Source: Cyanobacteria bacterium P01_H01_bin.21 (lineage in GTDB: Bacteria > Cyanobacteriota > Cyanobacteriia > Phormidesmidales > Phormidesmidaceae). From it: a stretch of DNA of 24,000 nucleotides. Below the pieces are notes generated by a model. It had not been told where the DNA came from, did not search any database, and was given only the letters and a program-made list of their open reading frames with translations. The stretch spans positions 51,457 to 75,456 of the forward strand of contig JBCDIX010000020.1 in the NCBI GenBank assembly GCA_038748405.1. The letters are read 5' to 3'. Positions 1 through 7,625 of this stretch are shown in pieces. Each line of letters starts with the position of its first letter. The stretch's first letter is position 1. A program made the translations under genes and the position numbers.

Positions 1-838
1 GCTTTACTAGTAACACTCCGCCCAGATGAATGGCATCTGCTCGCTTATCGCCAATACCATCCATCTGAGCACGATCTGCTGTCTGCACTTCTAATAGGTC
101 TACAGCAAGTTCCTTAATATGTTTTAGCTGAACGATTTCAGCATTTACAGATTGGAAAGAGTCACCATCTGTTTTAATATGAGCGGCCTCGCCCAACGTA
201 CGAATGGTGCCTGAAGTGCCAATGACTCGCTTAAAACCAATCGCTTTAACCTGGTCTAACGTTTTCTGCGCAATATACTGAATATGGGACTCTAAAACAC
301 TACGGGCTTCGTCACCAACAGAATCGCTATCTTCAAACATGTCTAATAGGCGCAAAACACCTAGCTGAAGACTCCTAGTAAACAGCACCTTATGCCGATT
401 TCCAACAACAGTTTCTGTACTGCCGCCCCCAATATCAAAGACTAACGCTGTGTCATCCTCAAGAGCGATAGCGTTGCGAACGGCCAAAAAGATTAGACGG
501 GCTTCTTCATTACCAGAAATTATTTTAGGAGAGATACCTGTCTGTCTAACCACCGCGTTGATAAAAGCTTCTCCATTTTTGGCTTCTCTAATAGCACTGG
601 TGGCCGCCGTGATGATCTCGTCTACTCCAAGTTGCTCAGCAAGTTGAATATATCGACGGATGGTTTCTAACCCTAGCTTAAAGGCGCGATTGCTTATTTG
701 TTTGGTAGCAAATACTCCAGCCCCTAGCTTGACCATGGCTTTTTCTCGCTCGATCACCTCAAAATTTCGCTGAGAAATCACATCCACAATAATCATGTGA
801 ATTGAGTTGGTACCAATGTCAATTGCAGCGAGCTTCAT
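1..838 (-). CDS. ppx: Ppx/GppA family phosphatase (exopolyphosphatase / pppGpp phosphohydrolase), N-terminal part; the 3' end runs off the window
   Basis: Absent from the ORF track because it is truncated by the window edge. The reverse complement from ATG at 838-836 reads MKLAAIDIGTNSIHMIIVDVISQRNFEVIEREKAMVKLGAGV..., then ...ALVFDIGGGSTETVVG... and ...VIGTSGTIRTLG... These are ASKHA-fold phosphate-binding motifs typical of Ppx/GppA. The frame stays open to position 1. Confidence 0.85.
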   Translation of the reverse strand, partial: MKLAAIDIGTNSIHMIIVDVISQRNFEVIEREKAMVKLGAGVFATKQISNRAFKLGLETIRRYIQLAEQLGVDEIITAATSAIREAKNGEAFINAVVRQTGISPKIISGNEEARLIFLAVRNAIALEDDTALVFDIGGGSTETVVGNRHKVLFTRSLQLGVLRLLDMFEDSDSVGDEARSVLESHIQYIAQKTLDQVKAIGFKRVIGTSGTIRTLGEAAHIKTDGDSFQSVNAEIVQLKHIKELAVDLLEVQTADRAQMDGIGDKRADAIHLGGVLLVK

Positions 839-893
839 GATGAGTAGTGCCTTCAGCTTTCATCATCATAGTTCCTGCGTCTATTTCCGCTAT

Positions 894-1391
894 TTAAGCG
901 ATCAAATCGTTAAGACGAAAGCGAGCAATTTTGATAATTTCTAAGAGCGCCTGTTGCCGTTCACGCGCGGAGAAATTTTGTAGTCGTTGATCAAATGCAG
1001 TTAATATCGCTTCTTTAGTTTGGCCTTTGACCGCCATGATAAAAGGGAAGCCAAATTTGGTTTGGTAGCTTTTATTCAGTGTTTGAAATTTTTTGTACTC
1101 TGCAGAACTTAAATTATTTAAACCAACGCTGGTTTGCTCTTGGACAGAGGCGGGGGCCATTTGAACTCGACTGCCCAAGTCAGGGTGGGCACGGAGGAGG
1201 GCTAACTGAGCAGCTTGAGACAGCTGATTAACCAGGGTTACCATCGTCTGGTGAAGATGGGCTAAATCTGTAAACGGGCGATGATGCCAGGTCTGTTCTA
1301 CAAGGCTGGGGGTGTCTTCAAACACGCTGCCAAACGCTGTGACAAACTCTGTTTGAGTCATTTGGTTAATGTCAGACATGCTATAGGCCAT
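894..1391 (-). CDS. uraD: 2-oxo-4-hydroxy-4-carboxy-5-ureidoimidazoline (OHCU) decarboxylase
   Basis: 165-aa ORF. Blocks FGSVFEDTPSL, LLRAHPDLGSR, SVQEQTSVGL, Y..KFGFPFIMAVKGQTKEAIL..F..RL and E...AL.EI.KIARFRL match the OHCU decarboxylase family as I recall it. The start overlaps the uraH stop by 1 nt (TGATG). Confidence 0.9.
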   Translation of the reverse strand: MAYSMSDINQMTQTEFVTAFGSVFEDTPSLVEQTWHHRPFTDLAHLHQTMVTLVNQLSQAAQLALLRAHPDLGSRVQMAPASVQEQTSVGLNNLSSAEYKKFQTLNKSYQTKFGFPFIMAVKGQTKEAILTAFDQRLQNFSARERQQALLEIIKIARFRLNDLIA

Positions 1392-1735
1392 CAGCTACCT
1401 CGATAGGTGCTATAGGACCAAGGAGAACAGAGCAACGGCACGTGGTAGTGGGCTGTTGCATCAGCAATACCAAACTGGATGGGTACCCGATCTAGAAATA
1501 AAGGGTCTGGCAAATCGCTAAATTGTTTTTTGAAATAGTCCCCTACGGCAAAACGTAGTTCGTATACCCCGGCGGTTAATGCATCGTCCATCAGCAAAGG
1601 GGTATCGGTGCGACCATCGACATTGGTAATGACTGTTTTGAGCAGGCTTTTAGCTTGCCAAAGTTCAATGCTTAGCCCAGCTGCAGGGCAGCCCTGAGCC
1701 GTATCGAGAACGTGGGTGGTGAGTATACCTGCCAT
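1391..1735 (-). CDS. uraH: 5-hydroxyisourate hydrolase (transthyretin-like HIUase)
   Basis: 114 aa. It has the N-terminal LTTHVLDTAQGCPAAG and the diagnostic C-terminal YHVPLLCSPWSYSTYRGS (YRGS tetrapeptide) of HIU hydrolases. Confidence 0.92.
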   Translation of the reverse strand: MAGILTTHVLDTAQGCPAAGLSIELWQAKSLLKTVITNVDGRTDTPLLMDDALTAGVYELRFAVGDYFKKQFSDLPDPLFLDRVPIQFGIADATAHYHVPLLCSPWSYSTYRGS

Positions 1736-1773
1736 GGGTATTTGCAGTTGAGAATTTTACAAAAGGTCGAAAT

Positions 1774-1815
1774 ATGAATTGTAGGGGCGTTCCATGGAAC
1801 GCCCCTACAATTCAT
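1774..1815. repeat. Perfect 42-bp palindrome ATGAATTGTAGGGGCGTTCCA|TGGAACGCCCCTACAATTCAT, followed by a degenerate half-copy at 1816-1828
   Basis: Read directly; the two 21-nt arms are exact reverse complements. It lies in the 93-bp gap between the hpxO stop (1829) and the uraH start (1735). It resembles the small dispersed palindromic repeats common in cyanobacterial genomes. Confidence 0.85.
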
Positions 1816-1828
1816 GGAACGCCTCTAT

Positions 1829-2989
1829 CTAATGAAACGGGCCTTTTTGGATGATTTTTGCGATCGCATCCATAATCTTACCCCCGTCTTCGCGCCCTAG
1901 CTCTTGATACCACCGCTCAGTTTTTTCTGGGACTTTGCCATGGATCATATCGGCCCGCTTTCGAGCTTTGAGAATAATTTCGGCAGTGCGATCGTTTCTC
2001 TCAGCCTCATATCGCTGCAGGGCATCCTCCACGCTAATGTTGGTGGTCACCAAATTTGTTGTCAGCACCCAGGCATCCTCTATAGCCTGACACCCACCCT
2101 GCCCCAAATCGGGCGATGTGCTGTGGGCGGCATCCCCCAACAGCGCCACCCGACCTTGCACCAGTCGGGGCAACGGCTCCACATCATGGATTGGGATACG
2201 ATTGGTCTTTTCTGGGTTTAATCGCTCAATCAACGTCTGAACCGGCGGTGCCCATCCCTTAAAGTAGTCGGTCAGTTCAGCGCGAATATCCCCTTGGGGC
2301 TGATCGTCTATCGGAAGCGGCACATCTAGAAAAAAGTAAAACCGATCTCCTCCCACCGGCATCATTGACGCCCGCTGACCGTCCCCTACATAAATTACCC
2401 AGCTATGGCTAGGAGCCAGATCAGGTGAAACAGACACCAATCCATTCCAGTTCACATAGCCAGCATACCGTCGCTCTATAGTCTGACCCATCACATAGTT
2501 ACGAATAACAGAATGGGTACCATCAGCCGCAACAACAAAGTCTCCCGTTGCCTGCCGACCGTCTGCAAATAGTGCCGTAGCAGTTGTTTCAGTTTGTTCT
2601 ATACCTACACATTGGGAATTTAGCTGGACGTTATCGGCCCCAAAGGCCGCGAGCAACATCTGTTGCAAATCGGTGCGGGCAACCGGATAGGGACATTGCC
2701 CCACAGTCTCGACTAAAGGGGTCAGACTAAAATCTGTGAGGGTTTCGCCATGCTTGGTGAGATAGGCCATACGCTGCATGGAACCGCCGATGTTGGCAAT
2801 CTCAGCCCCCAAACCCAGCCGGTTGAGCACCTTAATACCGTTGGACCAAAGGGAAATACCAGCACCCGCAGGACGTAGCTCACACACACGGTCATAAATT
2901 TCGACATGGTAACCGGCCTGTTTGAGTGCGATCGCAGCCGTAAGTCCCCCCATTCCCGCACCAATAACAATCGCCTTTAGATTGTTCAT
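1829..2989 (-). CDS. hpxO: FAD-dependent urate hydroxylase (HpxO-type flavin monooxygenase)
   Basis: 386 aa. It has a GxGxxG FAD fold (VIGAGMGGLTAAIALKQAG), a DG motif (AADGTHSVIR) and a GD motif (LLGDAAHSTSPDLGQGGCQAIEDA). Blocks RRYAGYVNWNGLV, RFYFFLDVPLP, GWAPPVQ, TNRIPIHD, LKARKR..HGK and WYQEL match my recollection of Klebsiella HpxO. The gene lies directly upstream of uraH-uraD. Confidence 0.85.
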   Translation of the reverse strand: MNNLKAIVIGAGMGGLTAAIALKQAGYHVEIYDRVCELRPAGAGISLWSNGIKVLNRLGLGAEIANIGGSMQRMAYLTKHGETLTDFSLTPLVETVGQCPYPVARTDLQQMLLAAFGADNVQLNSQCVGIEQTETTATALFADGRQATGDFVVAADGTHSVIRNYVMGQTIERRYAGYVNWNGLVSVSPDLAPSHSWVIYVGDGQRASMMPVGGDRFYFFLDVPLPIDDQPQGDIRAELTDYFKGWAPPVQTLIERLNPEKTNRIPIHDVEPLPRLVQGRVALLGDAAHSTSPDLGQGGCQAIEDAWVLTTNLVTTNISVEDALQRYEAERNDRTAEIILKARKRADMIHGKVPEKTERWYQELGREDGGKIMDAIAKIIQKGPFH

Positions 2990-3090
2990 TCTGCCCCGTC
3001 CTTCGCATCATCAAATTGCAATCTAGCTCCATGCTATAGTTTACGCGCAGTCGCCCAACTCTGATTGAGTATCAATTCAGGAGATTTTTT

Positions 3091-3414
3091 ATGGAGAAGC
3101 AACAGCTTTTAACTCAGACCATGGCGTTTCTCTTGTGCACAACCCCCGAAACTACACTGGGAAAGCTATTGGGCTTATGTTTAGCGGCCAAGGTAGACGC
3201 CCAAAATTCCGGCAAGAGCCCGCTAGAATTTGCGGAAGAATTGCTCCAGCATCCTGAAAAAGTATCCGCATGGATTTCTGAAGTTGTTGATAGCGACAAT
3301 CAATATAGTGTCGATGAAATGGTGGCACTCTCAGAGATAAATCTAAAAGATCCTGAAAAATTTATGAAGGAATTATTGGATGAAATGACAGTTTTAGATA
3401 CCCAGGGCCTCTAA
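3091..3414 (+). CDS. Hypothetical acidic protein, 107 aa, no family recognised
   Basis: ORF with GGAG 8 nt upstream of the ATG (caGGAGattttttATG). It ends 19 nt before the AtzG-like ORF on the same strand. The composition is helical and acidic (EE/DE-rich C-terminal half). I recognise no motif. Confidence 0.5.
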   Translation: MEKQQLLTQTMAFLLCTTPETTLGKLLGLCLAAKVDAQNSGKSPLEFAEELLQHPEKVSAWISEVVDSDNQYSVDEMVALSEINLKDPEKFMKELLDEMTVLDTQGL

Positions 3415-3433
3415 AATCGTAGACGCGATAACT

Positions 3434-3634
3434 ATGTCACAAAATCAACAAATTCAGCCGCTCGACATCGCCGTCTACGTTGAACAGACAGCAAAGCTCT
3501 TGGGGCTATCGATCCCCGCAGAACAAATGGCCAGCGTTGTTGAAAATTTTGAGCGGGTTCAAGCCATTGCTCAACCGGTGTTAGAGTTTCCACTGCCCGA
3601 TGAGTTAGAAGCAGCGCCGAGGTTTGAACCATAA
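3434..3634 (+). CDS. AtzG-like small protein (DUF4089 / GatC-like partner subunit of AtzE-family amidases)
   Basis: 66 aa. The pattern YVEQTAKLLGLSIP......V.ENFERV..IAQPVLEFPLPDELEAAPRFEP fits the AtzG/GatC-like small subunits. Its TAA stop overlaps the ATG of the downstream amidase (TAATG), implying translational coupling. Confidence 0.7.
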   Translation: MSQNQQIQPLDIAVYVEQTAKLLGLSIPAEQMASVVENFERVQAIAQPVLEFPLPDELEAAPRFEP

Positions 3635-5007
3635 TGCTAGCCCACGCGATTGCGCAACAGATACAACAGAGAGAAACAACAGCTCAAGCAGTGACAGAAG
3701 CTGCATTAGAGCGGATTGCACAACACGATCAAACCTTTAATTGTTTTACTCAGGTACTGTCTGACACAGCTCTAGACGCGGCGGCTGTTGTCGATCAAAA
3801 ACTCGCCAACGGAGAGCCCACTGGCCCACTGGCCGGCGTCCCATTTGCAGTCAAAAATCTCTTTGATATTGCTGGCACGGTAACGCTAGCGGGCTCAAAG
3901 ATTAACCAGGAGAATCCGCCTGCTGTTGAAGATGCCACAGCGGTCGCGCGACTAAAAGCGGCTGGGGCCATTTTGGTGGGGGCCCTCAACATGGATGAGT
4001 ATGCCTACGGATTTGTTACGGTTAACCACCACTATGGGGTAACGCCTAACCCCCACGATCTCACCCGCATTTCAGGAGGCTCATCGGGAGGGTCTGCCGC
4101 CGCTGTAGCAGCAGGTCTTGTGCCCTTAACCCTAGGGTCTGACACCAACGGGTCTATTCGCGTACCGGCATCTCTCTGTGGTGTGTATGGCTTTAAGCCA
4201 ACCTATGGGCGACTCTCGCGGGCTGGGGTGTACTTATTTTCCAGCAGCTTAGACCATATTGGTCCCTTTGCCAGGTCTGTCCAAGATATTGCGTTGGCCT
4301 TTAACGCCCTGCAGGGCTACGATCCCCGCGACCCAATCTCCACTAGCAAACCCGATGTTAGCCCAGAGTTATCAGGCGAGATTGACGGACTGCGAATTGC
4401 GATCGCAGACGGTCATTTTGCCCGCGGCATGACACCCACCGTTGCCCAGGCGCTCAACACCGTCGCTAATGCGCTTCAGACAACGCGCACGGTGACTCTG
4501 CCAGAATCAGCACGGGCGCGGGCAGCGGCCTATATCATTACGGCCAGTGAAGGCAGCCAGTTACATTTGTCGCGGCTCCAGACACAACTGCAAGAGTTTG
4601 ACCCAGCAACTCGCGATCGCTTTGTAGCCGGGGCTCTAATTCCCAGCGGTTGGTATCTTCAGGCGCAGCGTTTTCGTCGCTGGTATCAAACCCAGGTGAT
4701 GCAAGTGTTTGAAACTGTGGACCTGATTTTGGCGCCCACCACCCCCTGCCCAGCACCGTTAATAGACCAAACCACCATGGACTTAGACGGTGAGGCAGTG
4801 CCCATTAGACCCCATCTAGGCTTCTACACTCAGCCACTTTCATTTATTGGGCTACCGGTATTATCTGTGCCAGTACGACACCCAGGCGCACTGCCAGTGG
4901 GTATTCAGCTAATTGCACCGCCGTATCATGAAACGACTATTTTTAAGGCAGCAGCGGCACTAGAACAAGCCGGTGTAATATCTAGCGGCAGCGCTGAAAA
5001 CCTCTAG
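3634..5007 (+). CDS. AtzE-family amidase (amidase-signature enzyme, 1-carboxybiuret-hydrolase-like)
   Basis: 457 aa. It carries the amidase signature [33 protein letters not shown] and the catalytic-Lys context PFAVKNLFD. Blocks [17 protein letters not shown] and [10 protein letters not shown] resemble Pseudomonas AtzE as I recall it. It is paired with an AtzG-like ORF. Confidence 0.85.
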   Translation: MLAHAIAQQIQQRETTAQAVTEAALERIAQHDQTFNCFTQVLSDTALDAAAVVDQKLANGEPTGPLAGVPFAVKNLFDIAGTVTLAGSKINQENPPAVEDATAVARLKAAGAILVGALNMDEYAYGFVTVNHHYGVTPNPHDLTRISGGSSGGSAAAVAAGLVPLTLGSDTNGSIRVPASLCGVYGFKPTYGRLSRAGVYLFSSSLDHIGPFARSVQDIALAFNALQGYDPRDPISTSKPDVSPELSGEIDGLRIAIADGHFARGMTPTVAQALNTVANALQTTRTVTLPESARARAAAYIITASEGSQLHLSRLQTQLQEFDPATRDRFVAGALIPSGWYLQAQRFRRWYQTQVMQVFETVDLILAPTTPCPAPLIDQTTMDLDGEAVPIRPHLGFYTQPLSFIGLPVLSVPVRHPGALPVGIQLIAPPYHETTIFKAAAALEQAGVISSGSAENL

Positions 5008-5311
5008 CTAGCAGACACCGGCCAGTCTTGATAAGTGACTATAGTGGGGGTAAATGTACTGAAAACCGAATAGTTATAGCTTGCTAAAGCTCTAGGCAAT
5101 TTCCGAAAGCCTATGCCAAGATCGGTATGTGACAGTTAGCCAGTAAAGCTGGGTGACCGGCCAGCGCTTGGGCAACCAACGCTTGTCTATGCTCAAAGCA
5201 ACCCTACCGGAAAACAAACGGTGACTCAGTTGCGAAAATTGAGCGCTTTAAGTGTGTTAATTCCCTGTGTCCCTTCCGGCCGAACTGTTTAGACCCATTG
5301 AGGAGATTCCT

Positions 5312-5770
5312 ATGTCGCTACGTAGTGCGCTACTTGCCCTAGCATTGCCTATCTTTATCGTCCTTCCGGGTCAGGCAGCATCCCAAGAAGACGTACAGCG
5401 CCTGCAGCTAACGGGTGTCTGTGCTTTCTGTGACCTGTCTGGGGCCGATCTGCAATCATCTCACCTGATTGGCGCTGACTTACGAGGCGCTAACTTACAA
5501 GGAGCAAACCTGTCGGGAAGCAACCTCGAAGGTGCTGATCTAACCAATGCCAACTTAGCCGGAGCCAATCTAAGCAACGCATTTTTAACCAATGCCGTTT
5601 TTGAGTCAGCTAACCTAAACGGAGCTGACCTGTCCGGTTCAGCCCTCTATTTCACCGATGTTACCAACGCATCTCTAGACAATATTGACATCGCCGGCGC
5701 TCAAGTTTTTGGCACCCCCATCAGCGTTGGCGGCCCCTACGAAGACTACGAAGAGGAAACCAGCCAGTAA
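5312..5770 (+). CDS. Secreted (periplasmic or lumenal) pentapeptide-repeat protein
   Basis: Signal peptide MSLRSALLALALPIFIVLPGQAAS, then about 20 consecutive A(D/N)LxG-type pentapeptides (GADLRGANLQGANLSGSNLEGADLTNANLAGANLSNA...). I prefer the ATG at 5312, preceded by GAGGAG, over the upstream GTG at 5267 used by the ORF track. Confidence 0.85.
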   Translation: MSLRSALLALALPIFIVLPGQAASQEDVQRLQLTGVCAFCDLSGADLQSSHLIGADLRGANLQGANLSGSNLEGADLTNANLAGANLSNAFLTNAVFESANLNGADLSGSALYFTDVTNASLDNIDIAGAQVFGTPISVGGPYEDYEEETSQ

Positions 5771-5779
5771 TCGCAGCAA

Positions 5780-6235
5780 TTACACTGGCATAATAGACCG
5801 CTGACAGGTCGGACAAACCGCATGAATGAGCAGCTGACAATCCAGCAGATGATAGCCCGTCTTATCAGCCATTTTGGCTCCGGCCTTCAAAACTGAATCG
5901 TTCTTAAACTCAATCGTCTTATTACACCGCACACAGATCAAGTGATGATGATGGTGGGGTGAGGGCTGGTTAATTTCGTAGCGCTTTTGACCTTCAGCTA
6001 GCTCAAGCTCTCGTAAGATTCCCATACGAGCCATTAGCTTAAGATTTCGGTAAATTGTAGAAAGACTAATGGGCTCTCCTTCGTCCTTTAAAAGCTCACA
6101 CAGCTCCTCCGCACTCAGATGCTGCCCTTTATCAATATTTTGAAACGTATTTAATATCGTTTCTCGCTGTGGAGTCATGCGCCACCCCCGTTCGTGGAGC
6201 TCAGCCTTCATTGCCGCCGGGGTGTAGGAGACCAT
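5780..6235 (-). CDS. fur: Ferric uptake regulator (Fur family transcriptional repressor)
   Basis: 151 aa. It has a winged-helix N-terminus (RMTPQRETILNTF....HLSAEEL...LKDEGEPISLSTIYRNLKLMARMGILRELE) and the metal-site motifs HHHHHLICVRCNKTIEF and CPTC. It aligns closely with my memory of Synechocystis Fur (sll0567). It is divergent from futA. Confidence 0.9.
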   Translation of the reverse strand: MVSYTPAAMKAELHERGWRMTPQRETILNTFQNIDKGQHLSAEELCELLKDEGEPISLSTIYRNLKLMARMGILRELELAEGQKRYEINQPSPHHHHHLICVRCNKTIEFKNDSVLKAGAKMADKTGYHLLDCQLLIHAVCPTCQRSIMPV

Positions 6236-6297
6236 AACCGTTCCTCTATAAACGTGTCATTAACAAAAGCTTAATGCGAATATAGCGAACTCTCAGG

Positions 6298-6335
6298 TTA
6301 TTTGCAATAGTTTATCTTTATTGCGAATAATATCT
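6298..6335. promoter_or_regulatory. Candidate Fur-box / operator block in the fur-futA divergent region
   Basis: AT-rich block TTATTTGCAATAGTTTATCTTTATTGCGAATAATATC, 63-100 bp upstream of the fur start. Its reverse complement GATATTATTCGCAATAAAGATAAA loosely resembles the GATAATGATAATCATTATC Fur box. This is a by-eye call only. Confidence 0.3.
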
Positions 6336-6539
6336 AAAAGTTCGCGAAAGAATAATAAGAGGCTAAACAGTGTGAATCGCGATTGGTCTGTTGTAAACGG
6401 CTCGGAGGCAATTTTTTCTGGACAGTAGGGTTTTGTCACCATCCAGCAGCATTTACAGTCCACATTGAGGCTTTCTTCCTGAAGCAGACCATTTTCTTCT
6501 AATATATTATTTGAGAAATTTTCGCATTAACTGCTGGCT

Positions 6540-7607
6540 ATGTCTTACAAACCTGTTTTCTTGTGTACTGCACTGATGTCCCTTGCGATCGCAAGCTGTG
6601 GCAACCAGTCACAAGAGGCTACGGGATCAGATACCACCGCTCCGGCTGACTCAGACGCTGTGGTCAACGTCTATTCAGCCCGTCACTACGATGTTGACGA
6701 CGAGCTGTTTACCAGCTTTACCGAGCAAACGGGTATCCAGGTCAATGTAGTAGAAGGTAAATCAGACGAGCTGATCGAGCGCATCAAAGCCGAGGGGGAG
6801 GCAAGCCCGGCGGATGTGTTTATTACGGTTGATGCTGGGCGGCTGTGGCGAGCGGAGCAGGCAGGTATTCTACAGCCTGTCTCGTCTGATGTATTGGATG
6901 AAAAAGTACCAGAGAATCTACGTCACCCTGATGGCCTGTGGTATGGCTTAACTAAGCGGGCACGGGTGCTGATTTACAATGTCGATACGGTTGACCCAGC
7001 TGAGCTATCCACCTACGAAGCCCTGGCTGACCCTGCATGGCGAGGACGGGTGTGTGTGCGCAGTTCTGGCAATATCTATAACCAGTCTCTGCTAGGGTCA
7101 CTGGTCGAAACCATCGGGCCAGAAGAAACCGAAGCCTGGGCTAAAGGTCTGGTTAATAACTTTGCCCGTGACCCTGACGGTGGAGATGTTAACCAAATTA
7201 AAGCTGTGGCAGCTGGTCAGTGCGATGTGGCAATTGCAAATCATTATTATTGGGCTCGCCTGGCCAAATCTGATGAACCTGAAAACCAAGCTGCGGTAGC
7301 CAACACGGCTGTATTTTTTCCCAATCAGGATGACCGGGGGACCCATGTCAACATCAGCGGTGTGGGTGTTGTCGCAGGCGCTGATAACCAGGAGAGTGCG
7401 ATCGCATTTCTAGAATTTCTGGTCGGCCCTGAAGCGCAGCAGGTCTTTGCTGAGAGTAATAACGAATATCCTGTTGTAGAGGGCACTACCATGGACCCCA
7501 TCGTGGCAGAACTCGGGGAATTTGAAGTGGATGAGGTAAACGTGTCTGCCTATGGTCGCAACAATCCTGAAGTGGTTAAGCTAGTTGACCGGGCTGGCTG
7601 GAAATAG
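6540..7607 (+). CDS. futA: Fe(3+) ABC-transporter substrate-binding lipoprotein (FutA/IdiA family)
   Basis: 355 aa. It has a lipoprotein signal with lipobox LAIASC. Blocks VNVYSARHYDVDDELF..FTEQTGIQVNVVEGKSDELIERIKAEG, RLWRAE, LTKRARVLIYN, YNQSLL, FFPNQDDRGTHVNISGVGV, NNEYPV and RAGWK match Synechocystis FutA1/FutA2 as I recall them. Confidence 0.9.
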   Translation: MSYKPVFLCTALMSLAIASCGNQSQEATGSDTTAPADSDAVVNVYSARHYDVDDELFTSFTEQTGIQVNVVEGKSDELIERIKAEGEASPADVFITVDAGRLWRAEQAGILQPVSSDVLDEKVPENLRHPDGLWYGLTKRARVLIYNVDTVDPAELSTYEALADPAWRGRVCVRSSGNIYNQSLLGSLVETIGPEETEAWAKGLVNNFARDPDGGDVNQIKAVAAGQCDVAIANHYYWARLAKSDEPENQAAVANTAVFFPNQDDRGTHVNISGVGVVAGADNQESAIAFLEFLVGPEAQQVFAESNNEYPVVEGTTMDPIVAELGEFEVDEVNVSAYGRNNPEVVKLVDRAGWK

Positions 7608-7625
7608 GCCCTGTAGTGCTTGGGT

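Noticed and set aside
450-647. 65-aa plus-strand ORF
   Set aside because: It lies antisense within the Ppx/GppA gene, whose reading frame is continuous from 838 to the window edge.
1904-2970. ORFs 1904-2221(+) and 2722-2970(-), within hpxO
   Set aside because: They lie in an alternative frame or antisense within a well-supported FAD monooxygenase gene.
3432-3632. 66-aa minus-strand ORF that mirrors the AtzG-like ORF almost base for base
   Set aside because: The plus-strand product matches the AtzG/GatC-like pattern and is translationally coupled to the amidase (TAATG). The minus-strand product is Arg-rich low-complexity sequence (RRRRCRAAEF) with no SD sequence or genomic context. It is a mirror-frame artefact.
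5267-5311. N-terminal extensions implied by the ORF-track starts: 5267 GTG, 9306 TTG, 11195 TTG, 11651 GTG and 16212 TTG
   Set aside because: In each case a downstream ATG has a better SD sequence, or a sensible signal peptide or family-typical N-terminus. The extensions add non-conserved-looking residues. The true starts remain unverified.
5942-5956. Run of five His codons (HHHHH) that could suggest an engineered His-tag
   Set aside because: It is internal to Fur, in the native HHHH-L-I-C-x2-C metal-binding motif found in cyanobacterial Fur proteins. No vector-like sequence flanks it.
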